This document shows positions 55,874 through 64,000 of a stretch of 64,000 bases of DNA, piece after piece. Source of the stretch: a virus (taxonomy: Duplodnaviria > Caudoviricetes); the IMG/VR virus record IMGVR_UViG_3300033463_000087, positions 1 through 64,000 of that record; one strand, given 5' to 3'. The notes beneath the pieces were generated by a model, which was given only the letters and a program-made list of their open reading frames with translations, made no database searches and was not told where the DNA came from. How positions within the stretch are numbered: the stretch's first letter is position 1; each line of letters starts with the position of its first letter. The translations under genes were made by a program, and so were the position numbers.

Positions 55874-57715
55874 TTAATTTACTCCTTTACAAGGACAAAA
55901 TATGTATGTAATAATATTATAACCCCAACCAACATTATCTATATGTAATTTATATGTATCACCTGGAGAAACTGGTACACAAGAAGTACTACTTTGAGCA
56001 TCACTTCCATCACCACCACCACAGGCTGTTATTGTAAATCTTATATTTGTATTTATATATAACGAGGCAACATTACTATATATACCTTGAACACCTGCTA
56101 TAACATAACCATAAGTATCTGCTGTATATTCAGTTTCTACTGTTCTACTTACAGCACTATCATAATCAGGCATTGTCCAACTTATAGAATTTTCTTTAAA
56201 AGCACTATCAATATCTGAGACATTATTTAAACTTCTATTCGCTTTATCTACACTAGCAGCAATTAAAGCATCATAATCTGCTTGTGAAGTCCATTGTATT
56301 CTATTAAATACAGACATTATATAAGGATATTGTATATTTATAGGTGTTACTGTTTTTGAATTACCATAAATTGAATTAGAGCGTGAGGCATCAAAATATA
56401 CATCTTGATCTGCATGACCTCCTGGACCACCAGGACTTGATACACCATCGACATAAAAAGCACCCGAGCAAGTCTGACCTTCTTCTTGACCGCCACCTAT
56501 CTTACCCGTAATATTAGGTAAACCAGCACCTGTTATTTTTGCTAATTGAGATACGATTTGTGTTTGTTTACCTAAACCTTTAACAAAGCAATCAATAGTA
56601 GGAAATCTTAAACTTGTACCATACCAAGCAAATTTACCACAACTACCATATTGAGTTAGCATATTTTGATATTGCTGACTAGTAACAATTAATTTATAAC
56701 CAGTAGTTTCTTCTGGTATCATTCTATTATTTGCTTTATTTAAAAATTCAACAAATTGAGGTGCTACACTTGCAGCATTATCTAACATACTACCATCAAG
56801 TCTAATATAACCTACAGGAACATCATCAAAAGCATAATTAATAATAGTACCTATTGGAATTTGTGTACTTACAATAGAATTTTTTAATATAGAAGGGTCT
56901 ATCAATTTTACTCTTTCAACAACGATTTGTAAATTACCATCAGTTAAAGCACTTAAATCACTTCCTTGAAATTTAGCAATTAATTGTGTATCAGAACTCG
57001 TTGATAAAATTCTTTCAAAAACATCTTTAGTAAAATTAGTATTACTAACAGCACCAGTAATATCCATTTGTGTATAAAATAAATTAGGGTTAGTTTGTGT
57101 ACCAATACTAACGGTTAAAGTAAAATCATTTTCCGAACTTGTAAATTGTGTTGTAGGTTTAAAATAAATACTTTTTACTGCCGTAGAAAGAGGTATGTTA
57201 GAAAGATTATAAGAAAAAGAACTTTCTTCTGTTTGTATTTGTCCAAAAGCAATATCAAAAGTATCATAAACTACTGTGGTATATTTATCTACATTTTCAC
57301 CAGAAACAGTTTCAGAAGTTCTTAAAGTAGTCCAAGTACCTTGTTGAGAAGTATTATCAAGTAGTATCAAAGTAACCATATTACCTGCAGTTACTTCTCT
57401 TGCTAATGTTAATGTACTCGGATCATCTGAATTACTATCATAATAAAAAATAGAAACATCAAATGTACTATTATTTATAATTGTTGTTTTCCAATTATTC
57501 CATAATTCAGTAGCATTAGGTAAAACTATATAATAACCATTTTGAAAATTGCTATTTGTTAAATATTGTGTTTGTTCTGATTCTGGAGTTAATAATAATT
57601 TATTTGAATTAAAATTAGGAGTTGCAAAACCTTCAATTACTCTTTCTTCTAATACTGCTCTTTCACCACGATAACCATCAGTGGTTGCTCCGATTTTCTT
57701 ATATTTTTGGGACAT
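55874..57715 (-). CDS. Tail collar / tail fibre protein
   Basis: PIGTIINYAFDDVPVGYIRLDG tail-collar domain; AGLPNITG...FDASRSNSIYGNSKTVTP. Confidence 0.8.
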   Translation of the reverse strand: MSQKYKKIGATTDGYRGERAVLEERVIEGFATPNFNSNKLLLTPESEQTQYLTNSNFQNGYYIVLPNATELWNNWKTTIINNSTFDVSIFYYDSNSDDPSTLTLAREVTAGNMVTLILLDNTSQQGTWTTLRTSETVSGENVDKYTTVVYDTFDIAFGQIQTEESSFSYNLSNIPLSTAVKSIYFKPTTQFTSSENDFTLTVSIGTQTNPNLFYTQMDITGAVSNTNFTKDVFERILSTSSDTQLIAKFQGSDLSALTDGNLQIVVERVKLIDPSILKNSIVSTQIPIGTIINYAFDDVPVGYIRLDGSMLDNAASVAPQFVEFLNKANNRMIPEETTGYKLIVTSQQYQNMLTQYGSCGKFAWYGTSLRFPTIDCFVKGLGKQTQIVSQLAKITGAGLPNITGKIGGGQEEGQTCSGAFYVDGVSSPGGPGGHADQDVYFDASRSNSIYGNSKTVTPINIQYPYIMSVFNRIQWTSQADYDALIAASVDKANRSLNNVSDIDSAFKENSISWTMPDYDSAVSRTVETEYTADTYGYVIAGVQGIYSNVASLYINTNIRFTITACGGGDGSDAQSSTSCVPVSPGDTYKLHIDNVGWGYNIITYIFCPCKGVN

Positions 57716-57736
57716 TTACGATACCTCTAAAATGTA

Positions 57737-57756
57737 TATATAAATATAAATGAAAA
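57737..57756 (-). promoter_or_regulatory. Class-1 promoter motif
   Basis: tatataaatataaatgaaaa upstream of 57715. Confidence 0.75.
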
Positions 57757-57763
57757 TAGCAAA

Positions 57764-57799
57764 ATAAAAATACCCTCTCTATTAAAAGAAAGGGTATTT
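57764..57799 (-). terminator. Intrinsic terminator-like hairpin after the tail tube gene
   Basis: AAATACCCT.TCT / AGA.AGGGTATTT with a U-run. Confidence 0.65.
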
Positions 57800-57820
57800 A
57801 AAATAATGTTTAAGATGAAT

Positions 57821-58336
57821 TTATTTACCAGGTGTTACAATTTTCCTGCACTGAACAGTTGCGGTCTCGGTAATTCTTATATCTCCAGTGCTGTTTAATG
57901 TATCGGAATAGTTTGAAATAGTGCAATCTTTATAAACTCTTAAAATCTTTTCTGTAGCATTTCTTACATCAGGATCTACAGTACCATCATTATTTATAGC
58001 GGGGATAGTTACCACGTCTTCTACGTCAAAATATAAACTTGTATCAAAAAGACTTTCGATACCAGTTTGACCAGTAAATTGATCTAATAATGTAGAAGTT
58101 TGTAAGCGTAATCTATTGAAAGTTAAGTTAATATCAGTAACAAGGCCTTGTGTTACTTCAACACATTCAGGATTACCAAGTTCAAAAGTTCTATAAGTAT
58201 CTTTTGTTTGGTTATGTGAAATACTTTGTACTGTACCAATTTGAGTTCTTACACCTTCACTATTTACAGCAAAAATTTTATGCTGTACTGAAAGTTGTAA
58301 TCTGCTTGCGCAAGGTTTTAAAAATTGATCTGCCAT
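57821..58336 (-). CDS. Tail tube protein
   Basis: 171 aa; QIGTVQSISHNQ...RTFELG...EVTQG; own promoter and terminator. Confidence 0.7.
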   Translation of the reverse strand: MADQFLKPCASRLQLSVQHKIFAVNSEGVRTQIGTVQSISHNQTKDTYRTFELGNPECVEVTQGLVTDINLTFNRLRLQTSTLLDQFTGQTGIESLFDTSLYFDVEDVVTIPAINNDGTVDPDVRNATEKILRVYKDCTISNYSDTLNSTGDIRITETATVQCRKIVTPGK

Positions 58337-58368
58337 TTAATTATACCTCATTAAAATTATAATATGCA

Positions 58369-58388
58369 TATATAAATATAAATGAAAT
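58369..58388 (-). promoter_or_regulatory. Class-1 promoter motif
   Basis: tatataaatataaatgaaat upstream of the tube gene. Confidence 0.75.
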
Positions 58389-58404
58389 TATTTGTTTAAT
58401 GAGA

Positions 58405-59562
58405 TTAAATAGTTTCAAACCAATCTAAAAATTCATCTAAATTGTAAAATATTTTATAATTAAGATTATTTTGTTTAAAAGTTTGTAATTTTCTTGGATC
58501 TAAATCAGTCCAAGTATAAATCATAAAATCATATTGATTCTTTATATTTTTATTTTTTCTTAATTTTAAAGATTTTAATTGTAAACATAATAACTTTATT
58601 AAATCTTGTTTATTATTTTTATCAAAAGGTTTTCCTTGATGAAATTGGCTAAAATGACATTCAATATATAAATTTAATGATTTAACATAAAAATCACATT
58701 TAAAAGGATATTTATCATTCATATATGATCTTTCTATGTCGTCTTTTAAAAATTTTGTTAAAAGCAAATTATAGCAATTATCTTCTGGTTTTGAAGGATT
58801 ACAATGAGTTTTATTTCTTCTCATCGTTTCATATCGTTTTTGTTTTGTACTTTGTAATTGTAATTTGTCTCTATATTTCTTTAATTGAAAAATACATTTT
58901 ACTCCTGTCTTTATTATATTAGTATTTATTATTTTATTTGTTATTATTTGTCTGTAATTTTTACCAAAATGTTTTTCTAAAGTTAATTTACTTTTACTAT
59001 AATTTATATAGGGTTTACCGTCTTTTGTTCTTGTTTTATAACATTTACTTCTTACATCCTTATCTTGTAATGCATATTGTACACCTCTTAATGTTATATT
59101 TGTATTTTTTGATTTTTCTCTAAATTCTTTCGTGTGCATATAAGATATATTATTATATTTTAATTTGCAAGTTTCTTGCGCTTTTTTAAAATTATTATAT
59201 TTACCATCACCATATCTTATTTCTTTGGTTTTATAAGAATTAATACTTCTTTTCTTGCTTACATTCTTATCTTTTAATACACAAATTTTACTACAATGAT
59301 AACCATAACCACTTTGTAAATTCCTAAATATATTTTTCTTTCCACAAATTGGACAAAATATATGTAAATTTTTTAAGTTATCTTTATTCTTTAACAAATA
59401 AATTAATTCAGGAACTGAAAACTTACAATTATATTTAGAAATTAAAAAATTTTTTATATTTTTATTTATTTTATTTTTAATTATCTGTTGAAAAGTACCA
59501 AATATTATAAGTTTATCTTTTAAATGATTATTAATTAAGTATATAATATCTTTTATTGTCAT
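58405..59562 (-). mobile_element. Free-standing putative homing endonuclease (Zn-ribbon plus repeats plus Vsr/EDxHD-like PD-(D/E)XK domain)
   Basis: Very basic; CPICG...CSKIC; KKAQETCKLKY-type repeats; SKPED...CDFYV...YIECHFSQFH; inserted between neck and tube genes with its own promoter. Confidence 0.7.
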
Positions 59563-59569
59563 AAAAATA

Positions 59570-59684
59570 AAAACCGTAGAATTTTAAGTTTTGAGAACTT
59601 TGGACAGATTCTACGGTTTTGATAATACTATTTCTAGTATTATATATTTATTAACAAATTTTAAACTGTCCTAGGTGTTCTCAA
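59570..59684 (-). promoter_or_regulatory. Structured 5-prime leader of the endonuclease gene
   Basis: 13-bp stem 59570-59582/59608-59620 whose loop is complementary to 59666-59671 and 59677-59684. Confidence 0.55.
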
Positions 59685-59696
59685 TACCTATATTTA

Positions 59697-59711
59697 TATT
59701 ATACTAAATTT
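59697..59711 (-). promoter_or_regulatory. Class-2 promoter motif
   Basis: Upstream of the structured leader and the endonuclease gene. Confidence 0.6.
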
Positions 59712-59713
59712 TA

Positions 59714-60487
59714 TCAATTTGTGGTTAATGACCTAAATAGGGAAATTATATCAAGAGGGTATGTCCCCAGACGGCCGTTTAAACCAACTGAAAATTGAGC
59801 ACTACCAAGCCAAGATGCTGAACCTGTTGAAAACTCCATTTTAGTTTTTTGCATTAATGGATTAATAAAACCAAGTATTTGAGTTAATGCATTTTGTATA
59901 GCAGGTGTAAATTGCTGATTTAAAGATAATCCATTATCTGAATATGTAAAGTCTCTGATTTCTAAACCCAACATTTTTGAAAGTATTGTAAAATATTGTG
60001 CAAACATAAGAAGAATAGATTCATATTGTTTAGGAAAATTTGCTATTGTATGTTCAGTAGTCGGGGGATAACTATTCCAAAAACCTAAAGCCATATTTAT
60101 ACCCATCATTAAATCTGTATCTTCCATAGGTCTCATTGTACCATCTTGTAAAATATCAGAAGTAATAATAGGATCTAACATTTTTCTTAAAGAATTTACC
60201 AATCTTAATTGTTTAGGGTTTAAATCAAATGTAGTTAAAAGAATTTTAGAAAGTGTACCATTATCTTTTTTATACCTTACATAATAATATTCAGTTTCTT
60301 TACCATTATCGTCTGTATAAGTATCTACTTCCTGTGTAGGATCATTATTAACCCATCTATCAATGTTGGTTAATAAAATATATGAAGAATCATCACTTTC
60401 ATTTGTTCCACGATAGATATTAATGCTTGTATAAGAAGCATCCTGTAATATTGTATAAGGTATTGTCCAAGATATTTGTACTGACAT
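59714..60487 (-). CDS. Head-tail adaptor / neck protein with Fn3-like N-terminus
   Basis: VQISWTIP...INIYRGT...YYYVRY followed by RDFTYSDNGLSL adaptor-like segment. Confidence 0.55.
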   Translation of the reverse strand: MSVQISWTIPYTILQDASYTSINIYRGTNESDDSSYILLTNIDRWVNNDPTQEVDTYTDDNGKETEYYYVRYKKDNGTLSKILLTTFDLNPKQLRLVNSLRKMLDPIITSDILQDGTMRPMEDTDLMMGINMALGFWNSYPPTTEHTIANFPKQYESILLMFAQYFTILSKMLGLEIRDFTYSDNGLSLNQQFTPAIQNALTQILGFINPLMQKTKMEFSTGSASWLGSAQFSVGLNGRLGTYPLDIISLFRSLTTN

Positions 60488-60509
60488 TTAAATTAAATCC
60501 TTTAAGTAT

Positions 60510-60529
60510 TATATAAATATAAATGAAAA
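60510..60529 (-). promoter_or_regulatory. Class-1 promoter motif
   Basis: tatataaatataaatgaaaa upstream of 60487. Confidence 0.75.
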
Positions 60530-60559
60530 AAGGGCTTCCCTTTTATAAGAAGCCCTTTT
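60528..60559 (-). terminator. Intrinsic terminator-like hairpin after the sheath gene
   Basis: AAAAGGGCTTC / GAAGCCCTTTT. Confidence 0.7.
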
Positions 60560-60577
60560 ATTTAATTATTTAAGTAG

Positions 60578-62293
60578 TTAATCAATATTTATAGATATAC
60601 TCACATTTACCCAACGAATCTCAAACAAGGGTAAATATTGGAATGAAATATCTAATTGTTTAGGATTATTAGCAGCATAATTTGCTGTAACATTTCTAAA
60701 GTCTTTAATTTCTTCCACACTTACATAATTTGTAAGAATTGATTCCGTTTTAACTTGAGCAGAACTTGCAGTTGCAGGTGTATTCTTTTTACCAATATAA
60801 ATTGCAAGTTGTTTTCTTAAATCAGTTCTAATCAAATCTGTAACTCTTCTAACTTGTCTTGTTTCAGTAATAACTGATGAACTATTAGTTGTAAATATAT
60901 CAAATACTTGGGTTAGATTTGTATTTTCATTGAAGTCAAGCATACTCAAGAAATTGCTGCAAAGATAATTTCTTTCAGAAGGATCAAATCTTTGGTCACC
61001 AACTAATGTAATTCTTGCAGGTAAGGTTTTCCTTAGCATAGGTTCACTATAACCATATTCAGGATTACCTTCAATACCAGAAAGAGCACAAAGAGCATAA
61101 ATAGCACTTAATTCAACATCTGTTTCTTCTTGTGTTTCAGCATCTGCCAAAGTAATTGTTACTTTATTGTTAGCAAAATATGTAACCCTATCATTCATTA
61201 AACCTTCTCTTTGAGCAACAATGGTATCTGTACTTAAAGTATCACTATTAGGAATAATAAATGTTGTTCTTTCTTTACCATATAAAGCAGAAGAACAAGT
61301 TTCTAAATTTTGTATTAAATAATTTCTTAAAGCAATAGAATCTTGTTTTAAGATAATCACTGTTTGTACATTAAAATCCATTAAATCATCAATGGCTTTC
61401 TTATAAGAAGCATCTGTATTATCAGGTACTTGAACACAATAAACACCACCACCAAGTAATGTTTGACCTTCTAATACTAAGTCTGCTGCTAATGTAATAG
61501 GTTGAATTACACCATTAAGATATTCAGGACCATAAACTTCTGCAATTGCCGTTTGATTAAATAATAATGTCGGTTTAAAATCACCTCTGGATGCACTCTT
61601 ATTTAATTTATATGTAATATAAAAAGTTGAACCAGCAACAGGTTTATTTGTTGAAATCCAAGTAATAGTTGTATTATCAGTATTAATAGTATAATCAATA
61701 CCTAATGTATAATTATAAAAACCAGAAATATTACCAAGACCTACAACTTCTAAAATATCACCAGCAACAGCATTTGTACCATTAGGTAATTTAATTGTAT
61801 CTGTATCTGTCGGCGCAGCAATAATTTGTAAAGCACCTTCTGTTGCTTCTGTTGAAGTTGCAAAACCATTACCTTGAATAGTTGCAATTACTTGTAAAGC
61901 ATTAGCATCACCTTCTAATGCTAATTTATAACCATAAGAATCTTCTGTATCTTCTAAAATAACGAAGTCACCAACGGAAACTGTACCATCACTAATCCAA
62001 TGTGCTTTTACTAAACCAATTTGAACTTTACCAGCAGCGGGTGCTGTTGTATCTGTCCATAAAACATAATTACCAACTGCAGGTGTATATTCACCTACAA
62101 TAGGTGTAACATCACTTAAAATAATATTTGCTTTAGGTGTAACAACTTTTGATTTTGTCAATTCTAAATTTTTAATTGTAGTATATAATTGACCTTGTCC
62201 AATAACTGCTGTCCTATTATAACCAGAAGCAGTTGAACCTAAACTTTGTGTGGTCTCTGAAAAATAGACCCCAGGAACACGATATAATGCCAT
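60578..62293 (-). CDS. Tail sheath protein
   Basis: YRVPGVYFSET N-terminus; EPMLRKTL, QVRRVTDLIR..LR..L..YIG and YLPLFEIRWV sheath C-terminal motifs. Confidence 0.88.
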   Translation of the reverse strand: MALYRVPGVYFSETTQSLGSTASGYNRTAVIGQGQLYTTIKNLELTKSKVVTPKANIILSDVTPIVGEYTPAVGNYVLWTDTTAPAAGKVQIGLVKAHWISDGTVSVGDFVILEDTEDSYGYKLALEGDANALQVIATIQGNGFATSTEATEGALQIIAAPTDTDTIKLPNGTNAVAGDILEVVGLGNISGFYNYTLGIDYTINTDNTTITWISTNKPVAGSTFYITYKLNKSASRGDFKPTLLFNQTAIAEVYGPEYLNGVIQPITLAADLVLEGQTLLGGGVYCVQVPDNTDASYKKAIDDLMDFNVQTVIILKQDSIALRNYLIQNLETCSSALYGKERTTFIIPNSDTLSTDTIVAQREGLMNDRVTYFANNKVTITLADAETQEETDVELSAIYALCALSGIEGNPEYGYSEPMLRKTLPARITLVGDQRFDPSERNYLCSNFLSMLDFNENTNLTQVFDIFTTNSSSVITETRQVRRVTDLIRTDLRKQLAIYIGKKNTPATASSAQVKTESILTNYVSVEEIKDFRNVTANYAANNPKQLDISFQYLPLFEIRWVNVSISINID

Positions 62294-62334
62294 TTATTTT
62301 ATACCTCTCAATAGAAATTTATTGTTTATAAACA

Positions 62335-62354
62335 TATATAAATATAAATGAATT
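62335..62354 (-). promoter_or_regulatory. Class-1 promoter motif
   Basis: tatataaatataaatgaatt upstream of the sheath gene. Confidence 0.75.
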
Positions 62355-62357
62355 CTA

Positions 62358-63197
62358 CTAAAAAGATTTAATTTTTATTTCATTTAATTTTCTTTCGTAA
62401 AGATTTATGCTAATATGTTTTAATAATTTTTCTCTATTATCTATAAAGATATTTACAAATTCTTTATTAAATTTTTTACAATTAAAAGGGTCTAGCATTT
62501 TACATAATTCTATTGGGAAATTTATATCTAACTCTTTTAAATTTCTTTGAACTATTAAACAATGTTCTCTTCTTATATTATTACTTCTTTCAACACTTGA
62601 ATTTAAATATGATTTTCTATAATTTAATAATATTTTATTTATTATTTTATGAGGTATTTTTCTTGTTCTACTCCAAAATTCATAATCATAAATAAAATAA
62701 TCTGGATTGTATTTATAATTATTACAAAATTCTTTTCGTTTCATAAATGTAGGTTGCTTTATTGGTTGCCAAAATATTAACTCTTCTTGTACTTGATTTG
62801 ATTCCATTTCTTCGCCATCATCATAATTACTATTACCAAATATATGTACTCTTGAACTCACTGATTGTAATTCTTTATTATTATCTAATTCTTGTTTTTC
62901 TATTAATAATCTATCAAGCAAAGAAATATCATCGTGGTCTTGTATTGCTACATAATCACCTTTTGCTATATGTGCTAATTTATCATAAGATAGTGCAGGA
63001 TGAATTATTGGATCGTTCTTAATATATTTTATACGGTTATCATTAAAATTATCTATAAAGTGTTTTAAATCAAAATCTTCACCATTATCAGCAATTAAAA
63101 ATTCAAAATTAGTATAACTTTGATTTAATATTGATTCAATAGATTGTTTTAAACATTCTTTATTAGATTTATAACAACTCATTATAACAGAAATCAT
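62358..63197 (-). CDS. Glycosyltransferase family 2
   Basis: ISVIMSCY, SILNQSYTNFEFLIADNG, AIQDHDDIS. Confidence 0.88.
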   Translation of the reverse strand: MISVIMSCYKSNKECLKQSIESILNQSYTNFEFLIADNGEDFDLKHFIDNFNDNRIKYIKNDPIIHPALSYDKLAHIAKGDYVAIQDHDDISLLDRLLIEKQELDNNKELQSVSSRVHIFGNSNYDDGEEMESNQVQEELIFWQPIKQPTFMKRKEFCNNYKYNPDYFIYDYEFWSRTRKIPHKIINKILLNYRKSYLNSSVERSNNIRREHCLIVQRNLKELDINFPIELCKMLDPFNCKKFNKEFVNIFIDNREKLLKHISINLYERKLNEIKIKSF

Positions 63198-64000
63198 TTT
63201 ACATTTACCAATCCATATTTTTCATATTCTAATATTTTATCTAATTCTTTATTACCGTTATGAGTAGTTTTATAATTAGGTTTATTATAGTAAGTTACAT
63301 TTTTAAATCCATCAAAACCATACAAATCTATTGATTTACACTCTGAAGATAAACAAAATTGTAAAGCAATAAAACCTGTACTTGCTTGTGATACTTTTTC
63401 TTTTATTCTTTTACTTTCTTCATTAGGTTCTTGTATAAATTGTATCTTATCATTAGTAGTTAAATCAAAATTGCATTTATTACCACAATATTTAGATCTT
63501 CTTACGGTATATTTGGTATTAAAAATTTTTAATTCTTGAGGTGTTAAAGTGCATGCCAAAAATAAAATATCAGTTTTTGTACCTTGACTATCTTTTCTTA
63601 TAGGATAACCTTTATTAAATCTTATAATTATATCGTGATTATCTATACTTTTGCCCTGCTTCTTACTAAATATTGATTGTGAATTTCCAACAATAGCAAC
63701 ACTTTTATCTTTTATAAATTCTTTTAATTTATTTAATTCTTCAAAATTTGTTCGTTTTAATATTTGACTTTTATCACTACCAACAAAATGTAATAAATAA
63801 GCATCACTTTCATATATAGGATTATCATAAGGTCTATTTTTACAATAATTATATTTTACATCTATATTTTTTATTCTATTATTAAATTCTAAATTAATTA
63901 TTGTTTCATCATGTTGTGTTACATTTTGAGTATTTTTTAATCTTTCTAAACATCTTTCGGTAAAACTTTGTTTTCGTAATTCTTCTAAATTCATTAACAT
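63194..64000 (-). CDS. GT29 (sialyltransferase-like) domain protein, probably truncated by the window edge, with a preceding GT8-like tail
   Basis: VAIVGNSQS...GKSIDNHDIIIRFN (sialylmotif-L-like), STGFIAL and IDLYGFDG; upstream HDETIIN...YN...LLHFVGSDK. Confidence 0.7.
   Translation of the reverse strand: MLMNLEELRKQSFTERCLERLKNTQNVTQHDETIINLEFNNRIKNIDVKYNYCKNRPYDNPIYESDAYLLHFVGSDKSQILKRTNFEELNKLKEFIKDKSVAIVGNSQSIFSKKQGKSIDNHDIIIRFNKGYPIRKDSQGTKTDILFLACTLTPQELKIFNTKYTVRRSKYCGNKCNFDLTTNDKIQFIQEPNEESKRIKEKVSQASTGFIALQFCLSSECKSIDLYGFDGFKNVTYYNKPNYKTTHNGNKELDKILEYEKYGLVNVK

Noticed and set aside
58405-59562. Group I intron or IscB/TnpB-type RNA-guided nuclease
   Set aside because: The flanking genes are intact and separately promoted, and no split RuvC motifs or transposon ends are evident; a free-standing endonuclease fits better.
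776-62695. Plus-strand ORFs antisense to long genes (for example 776, 4377, 4950, 10933, 17796, 22222, 22826, 24434, 24698, 29180, 31865, 32918, 33254, 34058, 36464, 37427, 38580, 41281, 41983, 42341, 48071, 50428, 50621, 52535, 53041, 58150, 58725, 58938, 62513, 62762)
   Set aside because: They are fully nested opposite well-supported genes, have the Leu/Phe/Ser-rich shadow composition expected in AT-rich DNA, and show no RBS or promoter support.
1-64000. Stop-codon reassignment as in some large gut phages
   Set aside because: Genes are long and tightly packed under the standard code; TAG (11519, 36406, 42732, 62358) and TGA (14939, 59714) end genes just before the next RBS or promoter.
1-64000. 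CRISPR array, tRNA or rRNA genes, diversity-generating retroelement
   Set aside because: I saw no regularly spaced repeat-spacer array, no cloverleaf with a T-loop consensus, and no reverse transcriptase or template/variable repeat pair. The 20-bp motif is dispersed and tied to gene starts. A tRNAscan-SE run would be needed to exclude tRNAs firmly.

Overview
This is a 64 kb fragment of a very AT-rich, lytic-type, contractile-tailed (myovirus-like) dsDNA phage. It uses the standard genetic code and nearly all genes are on the minus strand. Left to right it holds: (i) a replication/recombination block (sigma-factor-like protein, degenerate GroEL-like protein, NinG-like nuclease, split SbcC plus SbcD, MmcB-like nuclease); (ii) a 0.9 kb non-coding gap; (iii) a baseplate, tape-measure and tail-chaperone block; (iv) a head block (protease, scaffold, decoration protein, major capsid protein) interleaved with accessory genes; (v) about 17 kb of tail-fibre/adhesin genes; (vi) tail tube, a homing endonuclease, neck/adaptor, sheath and glycosyltransferases. 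The most striking signal is a family of 12 otherwise unrelated ORFs that begin with the same leader, MK(F/M)x(K)(L/I/V)IK(A/S). The same K(A/S) motif recurs in the prohead protease, the scaffold, the capsid N-terminus and between modules of an 832-aa acidic protein. I infer a capsid-targeting and protease-processing system that loads variable cargo into the head, analogous to the T4 internal proteins. Two promoter-like motif classes recur (15 and about 10 copies), and there are several structured non-coding leaders. All calls come from reading motifs and gene context by eye with no database search, so family assignments are hypotheses. The host cannot be determined. No tRNA, rRNA or CRISPR array was seen.
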